Source: Alteromonadaceae bacterium (GTDB lineage: Bacteria > Pseudomonadota > Gammaproteobacteria > Enterobacterales > Alteromonadaceae). Taken from it: a stretch of DNA of 64,000 bases. Under the pieces are notes generated by a model. It saw only the letters and a program-made list of their open reading frames with translations. It had not been told where the DNA came from and did not search any database. How positions within the stretch are numbered: the first letter of the stretch is position 1; every line of letters starts with the position of its first letter. The position numbers and the translations under genes were made by a program. Shown here piece after piece: positions 1 to 11,682 of this stretch. The DNA lies in contig JALUXV010000217.1 in the NCBI GenBank assembly GCA_027013165.1, positions 1,845 to 65,844 on the forward strand, written 5' to 3'.

Positions 1-166
1 TCTTCGCTTTTTCCATCAAGCGGCGTAAAGAAAGGTTAGTGTCTGGGTCAGCACCACCGTTTTTTGCACATACGTAAATCTCTTTACCGTACTTAGAATA
101 AACTTTGGTTTTAGCGCCAGCTGTTTTCATCATTGACGCTTTTCTTACTTCAAATGCTCTTCCCAT
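1..166 (-). CDS. yebC: YebC/PmpR family protein, 5' part (runs off the left edge)
   Basis: Manual translation from ATG 166: [55 protein letters not shown], a typical YebC/YeeN N-terminus. Absent from the ORF track because it is truncated. Confidence 0.85.
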   Translation of the reverse strand, partial: MGRAFEVRKASMMKTAGAKTKVYSKYGKEIYVCAKNGGADPDTNLSLRRLMEKAK

Positions 167-273
167 CTTAATCTTCTCTTTGTCGTCGCGAAGTTCGCGA
201 ATTCTGTCTCACACCCTAAGGGCAAAAAATTGGCCAAATTCTACCGACTTTGGCAGAAAACTTACAGTACTAG

Positions 274-1371
274 TTAGGGTAAATGCTGTGACGCAAGATA
301 ATCGTGAGACTGCATCTCTTTCAAACGACTCAAACAACGCTTAAATTCAAAGTTCAATAAACCTTCCGTATATAAACTTTCAAGCGCGACTTCCGCCGAC
401 ATAATAAGCTTGACGTTTCGTTCGTAAAATTCGTCGACCATGGCAATAAACCGACGAGCCACATCGTCATTGTTTTGCCCCATCTGCTTCACATTGGCCA
501 ACAACACTGAGTGATACAAACGACTAAATTCTATGTAGTCACTCTGGCTTCGAGGGCCTTCGCAAAGTGCGGTAAAATCAATCATAAGCACACCGTCGGC
601 ATCGCGCAGGGTTTCGATTTCGCGGTGGTTAACAATAATTTTTTTACCTTCTGTACCAACTTCTGGCGCTAGTTGGCCAAAGTAATTATGCAAGTTCTCT
701 GTTGCAGCTTTGTCGAGGGGATAATGAAATATCTCTGCTTGTTCTAAGGTTCTTAGCCTGTAATCAATACCACTATCAACGTTAACCACGCGAGTGTTCT
801 GATTAATTAAATCGATAGCAGGCAGGAAGCGCGCCCGTTGAAGCCCGTTGCGGTACAAGTCATCGGGCACAATGTTAGAAGTAGCGACTAGCACAATACC
901 GTGACCAAACAGAGCTTCCATTAACGTACCCAAAATCATGGCATCGGTGATATCCGACACAAAAAACTCATCAAAGCATATCACTCGCGTTTCTTTCGCT
1001 AGTTTTGCGGCCACTATTTTTAGCGGGTCGGACTCATTTTCCAGTAGCTTAAGTTCGTCGTGAATGCGATACATGAATCGGTGGAAATGCACGCGCATTT
1101 TTTTGTCAAATGGCAAGCAATCGTAAAACGTATCCACCAGATAAGTCTTACCACGACCTACCCCACCATAAAAGTAGATACCTTGAACGCCGGGCGTTTT
1201 CTGTCCACGACCAAAAGCCGATTTTATTTTGACTCGCCACTTAGTTTTTTTCGGTTTTACAGTAAGCTCATCAAATAGCCGTTGTAATTCTCTTACTGCG
1301 TTTTCCTGAGCAGCATCGTAATGAAAATCCGGCTGCTCTAAATCATTCTGATATTTTTCCCATGGCGTCAT
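274..1371 (-). CDS. zapE: Cell division ATPase ZapE (AFG1 family)
   Basis: Walker A GGVGRGKT, HFHRFM, Walker B CFDEF, RRFIAMVDEFYE; divergent from zapG. ATG 1371 chosen; track extends to GTG 1383. Confidence 0.95.
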   Translation of the reverse strand: MTPWEKYQNDLEQPDFHYDAAQENAVRELQRLFDELTVKPKKTKWRVKIKSAFGRGQKTPGVQGIYFYGGVGRGKTYLVDTFYDCLPFDKKMRVHFHRFMYRIHDELKLLENESDPLKIVAAKLAKETRVICFDEFFVSDITDAMILGTLMEALFGHGIVLVATSNIVPDDLYRNGLQRARFLPAIDLINQNTRVVNVDSGIDYRLRTLEQAEIFHYPLDKAATENLHNYFGQLAPEVGTEGKKIIVNHREIETLRDADGVLMIDFTALCEGPRSQSDYIEFSRLYHSVLLANVKQMGQNNDDVARRFIAMVDEFYERNVKLIMSAEVALESLYTEGLLNFEFKRCLSRLKEMQSHDYLASQHLP

Positions 1372-1613
1372 CGCCGATAACACTCCTGCTTAAATGTCAA
1401 TAGCGTCGCCGCTCCACCGACCTGCTTGAAAAATCCAATTATGACCTTAATTTTACTGGAAATCACGGTAGAATCGCACGTTGAAATCAGCATATCCAAA
1501 ATATTTATTATGCATAGGCGAGATTTACGGGTTACCTTGCTATAGTCAAGGTTGAGGGTGACTAGATAACCATCATTGAACTCACCCTGTTGTAACATGA
1601 TTCGGAGAAAAAA

Positions 1614-2054
1614 ATGGAAGTGTTAGTACCGCTTGCTTTGTTAGTTGTAGGTTTAGTTATAGGCTTTTTTGTGGGGCGTTTTTTCCAGAGTAAGCAAGGA
1701 GAAACCACCGCTGTATCAGCAGAGAAACAAGTTAAAGAAATATTGGCTCAACAAGCGCAACATCACATTCATCAGTCTCGCCAAGCATTGACTAGCATAG
1801 AAAGCCAATGCGCTACGTTACGTCAGCAAATTGAAGATTACGAAGGTTTGCTCGCTAAATCCCCTGAAGATGAGGCATCGGCAATCCCATACTTTGGTGA
1901 GCAAACTACAACCTACTTACGTAACAACATTTCTAATAGTGATAAATCAAAACCTAAAAAAGTCACTGACGCACAACCAAAAGACTTCGCGAACAGTAGT
2001 TCAGGGTTGTTCGTCGGTGGTTCTGGGCAGTCTACCGAGGAAAAGCCTCAGTAA
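1614..2054 (+). CDS. zapG: ZapG/YhcB (DUF1043) inner-membrane protein
   Basis: N-terminal TM (GLVIGFFVGR), coiled coil, C-terminal QPKDF...SGL motif; position between zapE and degQ. Confidence 0.85.
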   Translation: MEVLVPLALLVVGLVIGFFVGRFFQSKQGETTAVSAEKQVKEILAQQAQHHIHQSRQALTSIESQCATLRQQIEDYEGLLAKSPEDEASAIPYFGEQTTTYLRNNISNSDKSKPKKVTDAQPKDFANSSSGLFVGGSGQSTEEKPQ

Positions 2055-2055
2055 A

Positions 2056-2083
2056 GGAACTTTCCAAGTTCAAGACGCTCTGA
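2056..2083 (+). promoter_or_regulatory. Sigma-E (RpoE) promoter of degQ
   Basis: GGAACTT (2056-2062), 16-nt spacer, TCTGA (2079-2083): full match to the RpoE consensus. Confidence 0.8.
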
Positions 2084-2167
2084 AACTTCAACAGAATAAG
2101 GCTGTCCATTTGGCTGCCTTGTTCACTTTTGTCATATATTGCATCACATGAAGGAGTAGAAGCATTT

Positions 2168-3532
2168 ATGAAAATGTCTTTTCGCCAATGCCTATTAGCC
2201 TCTGCAGTTATTGCAAGCTCGGTTTCTTTTAGCGCATCTAGTCTTGCTGCATTGCCATTCTTTGGAAACGACAGGCAAGAAGTCCCTTCTTTGGCTCCTA
2301 TGTTAGAAGAAGCGACACCGGCAGTGGTTAGTATTGCCGTTGAAGGAACTCAAACTTCCCGTCAACGCGTGCCAGAAATGTTTAAGTATTTCTTTGGCGC
2401 CCCTCAAGAGCAAGTTCAAGAACGTCCATTTCGCGGATTGGGTTCGGGTGTCATTATTGACGCAGACAAAGGTTACGTTGTTACCAACAATCATGTTGTA
2501 GCCAATGCCGACGAAATCACGGTTCAACTTACCGATGGCAGAGAGTTTATCGCCAAGAAATTGGGTTCAGATGAACAAAGTGACATTGCCTTACTAAAGA
2601 TTGAAGCTGAAGATATTACAGCGTTACCTCTGGCGAATTCAGATGAACTTCGCGTAGGTGATTTTGTTGTTGCCATTGGCAATCCTTTCGGGCTTTCACA
2701 GACAGTAACCTCGGGTATCGTCAGCGCCTTAGGTCGTTCTGGTTTGAACATAGGCGGTTATGAAGACTTTATTCAAACTGACGCTGCCATTAACCGCGGA
2801 AACTCTGGTGGTGCTTTGGTCAACCTTCACGGCGAGCTTGTTGGTATTAATACCGCGATATTTGGACCAAATGGCGGAAACGTGGGCATAGGCTTTGCCA
2901 TTCCAGCCAACATGATGAAAAACCTTACCGACCAAATTGCAGAATTTGGCGAGGTAAGAAGAGGTTTGCTGGGAATATTAGGCAGTGATGTTGACGCAGG
3001 TCTGGCTGAAGCTGTTGACGCTGAAGTCAATATGGGTGCGTTTGTTAACGAAGTGACGCCTGAGTCAGCCGCTGAAGAAGCAGGCATTCTTGCTGGCGAC
3101 ATTATCATTGCGGTAAACGGCAGACAATTAACCGGATTCCAAGAACTAAGGGCTAAAATTGCCAGTATGGGTGCCGGTGCCGAGGTTGAACTTACGGTTA
3201 TTCGACAAGGAGAAGAAATTTCCCTAGATGTTGTTCTTGGTGATGCAACGCAAACCACAGTAACGGCTGAGCGTATACACCCTGCTCTTGAAGGCGCGTC
3301 ACTTGCTAACGGCACCGACGCTGGTGGAAACAATGGCATTGTTGTTTCAGATATAGAGTCTGGCTCTCCTGCTGCACGTATTGGACTACAGAACGATGAT
3401 GTCATCGTAGGTGTTAACCGAGTTCGCACCAACACTGTGCCAGAGTTTAGGGATGCACTTGATAATGCAAAAGGCGTTATTGCACTAAATGTTAGACGTG
3501 GCGGAAGCAGTATATTCCTAGTCATTCGATAA
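2168..3532 (+). CDS. degQ: HtrA-family periplasmic serine protease/chaperone DegQ (two PDZ domains)
   Basis: Signal peptide, VTNNHVV, SDIAL, IQTDAAINRGNSGG, two PDZ domains; RBS GAAGGAG before ATG 2168. Confidence 0.95.
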   Translation: MKMSFRQCLLASAVIASSVSFSASSLAALPFFGNDRQEVPSLAPMLEEATPAVVSIAVEGTQTSRQRVPEMFKYFFGAPQEQVQERPFRGLGSGVIIDADKGYVVTNNHVVANADEITVQLTDGREFIAKKLGSDEQSDIALLKIEAEDITALPLANSDELRVGDFVVAIGNPFGLSQTVTSGIVSALGRSGLNIGGYEDFIQTDAAINRGNSGGALVNLHGELVGINTAIFGPNGGNVGIGFAIPANMMKNLTDQIAEFGEVRRGLLGILGSDVDAGLAEAVDAEVNMGAFVNEVTPESAAEEAGILAGDIIIAVNGRQLTGFQELRAKIASMGAGAEVELTVIRQGEEISLDVVLGDATQTTVTAERIHPALEGASLANGTDAGGNNGIVVSDIESGSPAARIGLQNDDVIVGVNRVRTNTVPEFRDALDNAKGVIALNVRRGGSSIFLVIR

Positions 3533-3549
3533 AATTGTAGATATCGCAG

Positions 3550-3580
3550 AAAAAGCAGTGCTCTTGGGCGCTGCTTTTTT
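3550..3580 (+). terminator. Intrinsic terminator after degQ
   Basis: AAAAAGCAGTGC-TCTTGG-GCGCTGCTTTTTT hairpin with U tract. Confidence 0.8.
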
Positions 3581-3652
3581 GTTTTATATGGGGTTCAATG
3601 GTATGATTTTGCGCACGATTACAATACACCCGTGTTGTACAACTATTAGTAA

Positions 3653-4732
3653 GTGTATGCTGTGACAAGCAAATTTATTCTTCGGTTTATTTTAAAATCT
3701 GTTCTACTAGGCGTGCTAGTGGGAGTGTTACTCCTTCTTTTCATACCTGAATTGCGCCAAGGTACTCAGTTCACCCAACGTTTCTTTTCCTCAGCGTCTC
3801 CTAGTAACGAGCGAGAAAGCTACTTTAGTGCCATCAGTCGTTCCGCCCCTGCCGTTGTCAATATATATAGTTTAAGTATTGAAACCGACACTGGGTTGTT
3901 TAGAAATCAGTCCCGAGAACGGGCCAACTTAGGCTCGGGCGTAATTATGACTAGCAACGGGTATATACTGACTTGCAAGCACGTAGTTGAAGGTGCAGAT
4001 AGTATTTTTGTCAGAGTACAAGACGGCACTGTGTTAGAAGCTCAGACCGTAGGAAGCGACACAATTACCGATTTAGCCGTTCTTAAAGTTAAAGCGGAAA
4101 ACCTTCATAGTATTCCTCAAGTAAATGATCCGGATATACATGTTGGCGATGTGGTGATGGCTATCGGAAACCCCTACGACTTAGGCCTTACCATTACTCA
4201 CGGCATAGTCAGTCGTGCTGGTCGCAACGCTGGTTTATCTAACTATGTTGACTACATTCAAACTGACGCGGTTCTTAACCAAGGTAACTCAGGAGGTGCT
4301 TTGGTAGATAGCAACGGCGTTCTAATGGGAATTGCAAATGCGAACTTTCAGGTCAGAGACAACCGAAACCGCCCTCGTAATGTAGACGGTATAAACTTCG
4401 CTGTGCCTTATTCAATCGCTAAGCGGGTAATGAATGACATTATCGCAAACGGTAAAGTTATTCGCGGTCAGTTGGGTATTAGCGGAGATCAACTGCAAAA
4501 TCGCTCGGGAATTTTTGTTACCGAAGTCGCTATCGGAGGTCCCGCTGATATAGCAGGTATTCAACCGCAAGATGTTATCTTGGCTATTAATGGCATCGAT
4601 ATCGAAAGTGCTGCTGACACGCTTAATATGATTGCAGAGACTAAGCCTGGCACAGAATTAAAGATTGAAGTGAGTCGTGGTGGTAACTTAATTACGCTCA
4701 AAGCTACAGTTGCGGAATTAGGGGCTAATTAA
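3653..4732 (+). CDS. degS: Envelope stress sensor protease DegS
   Basis: N-terminal membrane anchor, SAPAVVNIY, QTDAVLNQGNSGG, single PDZ; follows degQ. Start uncertain. Confidence 0.9.
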   Translation: MYAVTSKFILRFILKSVLLGVLVGVLLLLFIPELRQGTQFTQRFFSSASPSNERESYFSAISRSAPAVVNIYSLSIETDTGLFRNQSRERANLGSGVIMTSNGYILTCKHVVEGADSIFVRVQDGTVLEAQTVGSDTITDLAVLKVKAENLHSIPQVNDPDIHVGDVVMAIGNPYDLGLTITHGIVSRAGRNAGLSNYVDYIQTDAVLNQGNSGGALVDSNGVLMGIANANFQVRDNRNRPRNVDGINFAVPYSIAKRVMNDIIANGKVIRGQLGISGDQLQNRSGIFVTEVAIGGPADIAGIQPQDVILAINGIDIESAADTLNMIAETKPGTELKIEVSRGGNLITLKATVAELGAN

Positions 4733-4740
4733 GCCCCTAA
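4718..4740. terminator. Hairpin between convergent degS and murA
   Basis: TTAGGGGCT-AATTA-AGCCCCTAA perfect 9-bp stem overlapping the degS stop. Confidence 0.55.
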
Positions 4741-4745
4741 CAAAA

Positions 4746-6023
<1,278 letters not shown>

Positions 6024-6281
6024 TTACTGAGGGATATTAAATTGGCGCTCGCGAGCCCAATCGGCAACCGAAAACGTTTTAATATTCACGGCATGCATTG
6101 TGCCGTCGGCAATCTTATCTGCCAAGGGTGCGTACACCGCTTGTTGGCGTTTCACACGACTCATGTCGTTAAATGCATCGCTAACAGCAATAATATTATA
6201 GTGTGAGCCTTCACCTTTTACGTAGACTTCGTCTAGGTTTAGCGCTTCTTTTAAGAGGGTTTCAATCTCTGATAATTCCAT
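6024..6281 (-). CDS. ibaG: BolA-family protein IbaG
   Basis: GEGSHY, SRVKRQQAVYAPL, MHAVNIK; lies between mlaB and murA. Confidence 0.92.
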   Translation of the reverse strand: MELSEIETLLKEALNLDEVYVKGEGSHYNIIAVSDAFNDMSRVKRQQAVYAPLADKIADGTMHAVNIKTFSVADWARERQFNIPQ

Positions 6282-6311
6282 AACCTACTTCTTTCGCTTA
6301 CTTGAGTGAGT

Positions 6312-6620
6312 TCATTCTACCGATAAAAAACCATCAACGTCGCTAATTTTCGCAAGTTGAAGGGGTTTTTCTGGTAAGTTAACTAAGGTTACCGATATAC
6401 CTTGACGCTTTCCGTCTCTAATCGCATTGATCAGCCATGCTAAGCCGGCGCTATCTACCCGCTGAGCTTTTGTTAGGTCAAAGGAACAATGTTGTTCCTT
6501 TACCAACTCCGCCCGCTCATTTCCGGTTAAACAGTCCCACCAATTTTTGGTCAGAGTATCTCTGTCTAAGTGTCCGCTAATAACAAGGTTTCTCTTGCTT
6601 TCTATGGTAAAAACTCGCAC
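6312..6620 (-). CDS. mlaB: STAS-domain protein MlaB
   Basis: RVDSAGLAWL STAS motif; operon position. Confidence 0.88.
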   Translation of the reverse strand: MRVFTIESKRNLVISGHLDRDTLTKNWWDCLTGNERAELVKEQHCSFDLTKAQRVDSAGLAWLINAIRDGKRQGISVTLVNLPEKPLQLAKISDVDGFLSVE

Positions 6621-6624
6621 GTTA

Positions 6625-7281
6625 TTAACCTTCGGTACTAGCCTGAGTTGAATTGTTAAGTTCCACTGGGCGAGAGATTTTCTCTCTCATGAGGGCGATT
6701 ACAGCGTCAATACCATCAGTACGTAAAATCGATTCAAATTCGCTTCGTTTGCTGTTGAGCATACTGATACCTTCAGCCACCATATCATATGCCTTCCAAG
6801 CGTTAGTGCGCGCGTCTTTGCGAACTTTAAACGCTATCTTAATTTCTGGGCGAACAGGATCTTGAATAACAGCACGCACGGTGACTGACTTCTCATCGGC
6901 AAAATCACTTTCGGGCTGAAAAACAACAGTTTGATTGTCGTAATACCCCATAGCCACGGCATAAGTGGTAATTAAATACTGACGAAACACACTCAAGTAC
7001 TCACCCATTTTTTCTTTTGGAACCGACTTAAAGTGCTTACCCAAAACCATAAAGGCGGCAAACTTGTAGTCAATATGTGGTACTAGCTCTTCTTCCATAA
7101 TGAGCCTCAGCATTTCAGGATCTTGCGCTATTGCTTCCTGATTCGCCTTAATTCGTTCAAAGGTTTTCATTGCTACCCCCTGAACCAGTTGATAAGGATT
7201 TTGGTCATTAATTTCTTGCGCGTGGGTCACTCCCGACAACAAAGCAATCACACACCCAATTACCACCATCCAGTTTTTCAA
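6625..7281 (-). CDS. mlaC: Periplasmic phospholipid shuttle MlaC
   Basis: Signal peptide, WKAYDMVAEGISML; TTG start after AGGAG. Confidence 0.93.
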   Translation of the reverse strand: MKNWMVVIGCVIALLSGVTHAQEINDQNPYQLVQGVAMKTFERIKANQEAIAQDPEMLRLIMEEELVPHIDYKFAAFMVLGKHFKSVPKEKMGEYLSVFRQYLITTYAVAMGYYDNQTVVFQPESDFADEKSVTVRAVIQDPVRPEIKIAFKVRKDARTNAWKAYDMVAEGISMLNSKRSEFESILRTDGIDAVIALMREKISRPVELNNSTQASTEG

Positions 7282-7357
7282 AATCTTTTCTCCTAAAAAT
7301 TACTTTCAATACAACAGACCGAACTTTTTCTCGATTCTTTGCATTCTTTACACAAAC

Positions 7358-7831
7358 TTAATCGTCGTCGCTACCGCGGTTAAACAAAAACTGCCCAATA
7401 AGGTCTTCTAATACTAGTGCTGATTTAGTGTCTTGCAGGTAGTCGCCGTCTTGAAGATCGGCTACACCGTCGAAAGAAAAACCAGGCTGAAAACCGACGT
7501 ACTGCTCACCTAATAGACCTGAGGTTAAAATTGACACCGAGCTTGTTTCGGGGAAGCCACTGTATTCCTGCATGATGCTAAGCTCTACAACTGGGGTAAA
7601 ATCGCTTGAGTCAAGGGTAATAGAGTCAACTCTACCTATAGTCACACCACCTACTTTTACCGCCGAACGTGGCTTTAACCCGCCAATGTTGTCAAATTTT
7701 GCGTAAAGGGTATAAGTGGCGCTATCACTAGCCACTGTCTGATTAGCAACTTTTAACGCCAACAACAATAATGCGCCAATGGTAAGTGCAACAAAAACGC
7801 CAACTAACACTTCCGTTTTGTATTTGTTCAT
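7358..7831 (-). CDS. mlaD: MCE-domain protein MlaD
   Basis: FDNIGGLKPRSAVKVGGVTIGRV, ILTSGLLGEQY. Confidence 0.96.
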   Translation of the reverse strand: MNKYKTEVLVGVFVALTIGALLLLALKVANQTVASDSATYTLYAKFDNIGGLKPRSAVKVGGVTIGRVDSITLDSSDFTPVVELSIMQEYSGFPETSSVSILTSGLLGEQYVGFQPGFSFDGVADLQDGDYLQDTKSALVLEDLIGQFLFNRGSDDD

Positions 7832-7840
7832 ACTAGTCCT

Positions 7841-8617
7841 CTACTCAATTCCAAACATCAGGGCGGTAAGCACAAAATCCAACCCAAGTACTGCTAATGA
7901 AGAAAATACCACTGTTTCGGTGGTGGCTTTGCTGATTCCCTCTGATGTAGGTATGGAATCGTAACCTTTAAATATGGCAATCCAAGTGACAACTAGGGCA
8001 AAAACGAGGCTTTTTATGACGCCATTTACCACATCTTGGTTCCACTCAACGGTAGATTGCATAATTGACCAATAGCTACCTGCGTCTACCCCAAGCCAGT
8101 CTACGCCGACCAAGTGCCCGCCTAAGATACCGATGGCGCTAAAAATCACCGCTAGCATAGGCATGGCAATTATTCCCGCCCAAAAGCGCGGGGCTATAAT
8201 TCTGCGCAAAGGGTCAACTGCCATCATTTCTAAACTGCTAAGTTGCTCGGTAGCTTTCATCAAACCAATTTCAGCCGTTAGGGCTGAACCCGCTCGGCCG
8301 GCGAACAACAACGCAGTAACCACGGGGCCAAGTTCTCTGAGTAAAGACAGGGCAACCATGGGCCCCAAGCTACCTTCGGCGCCGTAGTCAACCAATATAG
8401 TGTAGCCCTGTAACGCCATTACCATGCCGATAAATAAGCCCGAAACCATGATTATCAACAGTGACTGAACACCTACTACGTGAATTTGCTTGATAATCAA
8501 CGGAATGTTTTTAACACGGGGCACTGCAATGATAGCGCCAATAAGCATTAGCGTCGCTCGGCCTACTGCTCCTAATTTGCCTAATGTAGAGGCTCCTATT
8601 GATTGGAAAAAGTTCAT
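7841..8617 (-). CDS. mlaE: Mla ABC transporter permease MlaE
   Basis: [33 protein letters not shown]. Confidence 0.97.
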   Translation of the reverse strand: MNFFQSIGASTLGKLGAVGRATLMLIGAIIAVPRVKNIPLIIKQIHVVGVQSLLIIMVSGLFIGMVMALQGYTILVDYGAEGSLGPMVALSLLRELGPVVTALLFAGRAGSALTAEIGLMKATEQLSSLEMMAVDPLRRIIAPRFWAGIIAMPMLAVIFSAIGILGGHLVGVDWLGVDAGSYWSIMQSTVEWNQDVVNGVIKSLVFALVVTWIAIFKGYDSIPTSEGISKATTETVVFSSLAVLGLDFVLTALMFGIE

Positions 8618-9414
8618 CGGTTTTCTCCAAACAGTGAGGTTTCAAGACTAGAAGCTGGGAAGTGAAATGGCACAGGGCCGTCAGCTTGCCCCTGCAAAAA
8701 CTGCTGAACTAAAGGAGAATCACTATGTTTGATTTGTTCAGCGGTGCCTTCGCCAATAATGCGCTTGTCGGCCAAGATATAAATATAGTCTGCTATGGTT
8801 AGCACCTCAGTGACATCATGAGTAACAACAACACTTGTTAGCCCTAAAGCATCATTTAAAGCGCGAATGAGCTTAACAAGCACCCCCATAGATATGGGAT
8901 CTTGTCCAGCAAATGGCTCGTCATACATAATAAGGTCTGGATCCAGTGCAATAGCTCTTGCTAATGCGGCTCGCCTTGCCATACCACCAGATAATTCATT
9001 GGGCATCAGTGATGCCGCTCCTCGAAGACCAACGGCTTGCAGCTTAAGAGATACAATAGTTGCGATAATGTCCTCTGACAAACGAGTATGCTCTCGTAAC
9101 GGAAACGCCACATTATCGAACACACTCATTTCGGTGAAAAGCGCGCCACTTTGAAACAACATGCTCATTCTGCGACGGGTTTTGTATAGTTCGCTTCGCC
9201 TCATACCAACAAGAGACGTACCATCAAACTTTACATCGCCCTCGTCTGGCATTAACTGCGCGCCCATTAACTTTAAAAGGGTAGTTTTACCAATGCCACT
9301 GGGGCCCATCACTGCAGTAATTTTACCTTTGGGAATCTTTAGTGATATTCCGTCGTAAATTACCCGCTCTGCGCGACTAAAGGTTAAATTGTCGATTTCG
9401 ACTAAATTGTCCAT
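8614..9414 (-). CDS. mlaF: Mla ABC transporter ATPase MlaF
   Basis: [32 protein letters not shown]. Confidence 0.97.
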   Translation of the reverse strand: MDNLVEIDNLTFSRAERVIYDGISLKIPKGKITAVMGPSGIGKTTLLKLMGAQLMPDEGDVKFDGTSLVGMRRSELYKTRRRMSMLFQSGALFTEMSVFDNVAFPLREHTRLSEDIIATIVSLKLQAVGLRGAASLMPNELSGGMARRAALARAIALDPDLIMYDEPFAGQDPISMGVLVKLIRALNDALGLTSVVVTHDVTEVLTIADYIYILADKRIIGEGTAEQIKHSDSPLVQQFLQGQADGPVPFHFPASSLETSLFGENR

Positions 9415-9747
9415 AGTTTAAAAGGTCGACTCATGACTAAATTCAAAAACGAAGATGAGCGGATACGCTACAAAATTCGGGGTATTTTTACATTCCTTGA
9501 ACACAATTATGCTGACACAAAAAGCAAAAGTGTACTGATCAGTGTAATTAAGGTCATTGTACGCGTTTTTAAAGGCCCAGCCAAAAGCAAAACGTTACAT
9601 ATTATGTTCAAGTATTACGAATGGTAGAAAATTGTAGATGAATAGCACATGAACAGATCACTCGCTGAATAAATTTACGTTCATAACCATAGGAATATTG
9701 CATGGTTTTTGCGACAATCCACAAAAAAGAAACGTAGTTAGGTTGTC

Positions 9748-10704
9748 GTGCTCTTACAAATTGTCATTTTTCTCGTGGGCTTGGGTATTCTGAGCTGGAG
9801 TGCAGATCGTTTTGTATACGGTGCATCTGCACTTGCCAAGAACATAGGAATTTCTCCTATGATGATTGGCCTTACCATTGTTGCCATGGGTTCTTCTGCG
9901 CCAGAAATAGTCGTATCAGCTATGGCGTCTGTCAACGGTAATATGAATACTGCCGTGGGTAACGCCTTGGGTTCTAATATTACTAATATTGCGCTGGTAC
10001 TTGGCATCACCGCCTTATTCAAGCCACTTACGGTTGCGTCATCAACCCTTAAACGAGAACTTCCAGCACTTATTGTCATCACTCTCATTGCGGTGGCTTT
10101 TCTGTTTGATGGTGAACTAGCAAACTACGAGGGCTTAATTCTTATAGTGCTATTCGTTTTCGTTTTGGCCATGATGGGTTACCTATCTCTTCAAGCAGAA
10201 AAAAACGACCCTTTACTTGCTGAAACTGAAGAAGAAATCCCGACTGATGTACCCAACCACATGGCACTGTTGTGGATTGGCGTTGGTCTTGTTTTGTTGC
10301 CACTTAGCGCCCACTTCCTTGTTGATTCTGCGGTATTTATTGCGCGCTACTTTGGTGTTTCTGACTTAGTCATAGGCTTAACAATTATTGCGCTAGGCAC
10401 CAGCTTGCCAGAACTTGCGGCTTGTATTGCCGGTATTCGCAAAGGTGAAGATGATTTGGTGCTCGGTAACATCATAGGATCAAACATTTTCAATCTGTTA
10501 GCCGTACTTGGTATGCCTGGCCTCATCGCCCCCGGATTGCTTGACGCTGATGCCAATGGGCGAGATATCTGGGTAATGCTCGGTCTTACACTCGCACTCT
10601 TCTTATTTAGCTTTACTATGAAAGGAAAGCGACGTATCTCTCGGTTCGATGGTGGTTTGCTATTAATGAGTTTCATCGCCTACCAATTCTTGCTATTCGG
10701 GTAA
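9748..10704 (+). CDS. yrbG: Calcium/sodium antiporter (YrbG, CaCA family)
   Basis: Alpha repeats AMGSSAPE and ALGTSLPE, GNALGSN/GNIIGSN; many TM helices. Confidence 0.93.
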   Translation: MLLQIVIFLVGLGILSWSADRFVYGASALAKNIGISPMMIGLTIVAMGSSAPEIVVSAMASVNGNMNTAVGNALGSNITNIALVLGITALFKPLTVASSTLKRELPALIVITLIAVAFLFDGELANYEGLILIVLFVFVLAMMGYLSLQAEKNDPLLAETEEEIPTDVPNHMALLWIGVGLVLLPLSAHFLVDSAVFIARYFGVSDLVIGLTIIALGTSLPELAACIAGIRKGEDDLVLGNIIGSNIFNLLAVLGMPGLIAPGLLDADANGRDIWVMLGLTLALFLFSFTMKGKRRISRFDGGLLLMSFIAYQFLLFG

Positions 10705-10710
10705 ATAGCT

Positions 10711-11676
10711 ATGAACGAATATATTCAGTCTGCCAAACGGGTTATCAATATAGAAGTTGCCGCAATCACCGCATTGTCCGACCGGTTGAACGAACGCTTT
10801 ACCGCAGCATGCGACTTACTTTTTCACTGTACGGGAAAAGTCGTTGTATGTGGCATGGGGAAATCAGGCCACATTGGCAACAAGATTGCCGCTACCCTCG
10901 CCAGCACTGGCACGCCATCTTTCTTTATGCATCCTGGCGAAGCTAATCACGGTGACTTAGGCATGCTAAGTAAAGGCGATGTACTGCTTGCCATTTCTAA
11001 CTCGGGAGAAACCGCTGAACTTCTCAACTTATTACCCGTGGTAAAACGCTTGAACGTTCCCGTTATCGCCATGACAAACAGCAACTCCAGTAGCTTAGGT
11101 CAGTATGCAGATATAGTCATAGATATTAGTGTAGCCGAAGAAGCCTGTTCTTTGGGCTTGGCACCCACTTCAAGTACCACAGCAACCTTGGTAATGGGCG
11201 ACGCACTTGCGGTGGCACTGCTTGATAAAAAAGGCTTCACTTCTAACGATTTCGCCTTGTCTCACCCCGGTGGCAGTCTGGGAAGAAAACTATTACTTAG
11301 CGTTGAAGATATTATGCTCAGCGGTGATGCCCTTCCTCTCGTTCAACCAGATTCGACTATCGCCGAGGCATTGTTAGAAATTTCTAAAAAGGGGCTTGGT
11401 ATGACGGGGGTCGTAGATAATGACGGCTCTTTAATTGGCGTTTTCACCGATGGTGATTTGCGACGAATATTAGATGCCAAAGTGGATATTCATAATGCCA
11501 CTGTGTCGTCGGTAATGACTAAGGGTGGAAAAACCACTAGCAAACATGAACTTGCGGTGGAAGCACTGAACATAATGGAAGCAAATAAGATCACTGCACT
11601 CATGGTAGTCGACGAAAACCGTCAACCTGTAGGTGCATTTAATATGCACATTCTGCTAAAAGCGGGAGTATTATAA
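10711..11676 (+). CDS. kdsD: Arabinose-5-phosphate isomerase
   Basis: SIS domain GMGKSGHIG, HPGEANHGDLG, tandem CBS domains. Confidence 0.96.
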   Translation: MNEYIQSAKRVINIEVAAITALSDRLNERFTAACDLLFHCTGKVVVCGMGKSGHIGNKIAATLASTGTPSFFMHPGEANHGDLGMLSKGDVLLAISNSGETAELLNLLPVVKRLNVPVIAMTNSNSSSLGQYADIVIDISVAEEACSLGLAPTSSTTATLVMGDALAVALLDKKGFTSNDFALSHPGGSLGRKLLLSVEDIMLSGDALPLVQPDSTIAEALLEISKKGLGMTGVVDNDGSLIGVFTDGDLRRILDAKVDIHNATVSSVMTKGGKTTSKHELAVEALNIMEANKITALMVVDENRQPVGAFNMHILLKAGVL

Positions 11677-11682
11677 ATCATT

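Noticed and set aside
2827-3525. 232-aa antisense ORF within degQ
   Set aside because: Fully opposite a well-supported gene, Ser/Pro/Ala-rich with no motifs: a codon-bias shadow ORF.
9433-9627. Short intergenic ORFs (9433-9627, 1368-1598, 49370-49710, 22814-23038)
   Set aside because: They lie in AT-rich promoter regions, lack clear RBS or family motifs and overlap regulatory elements.
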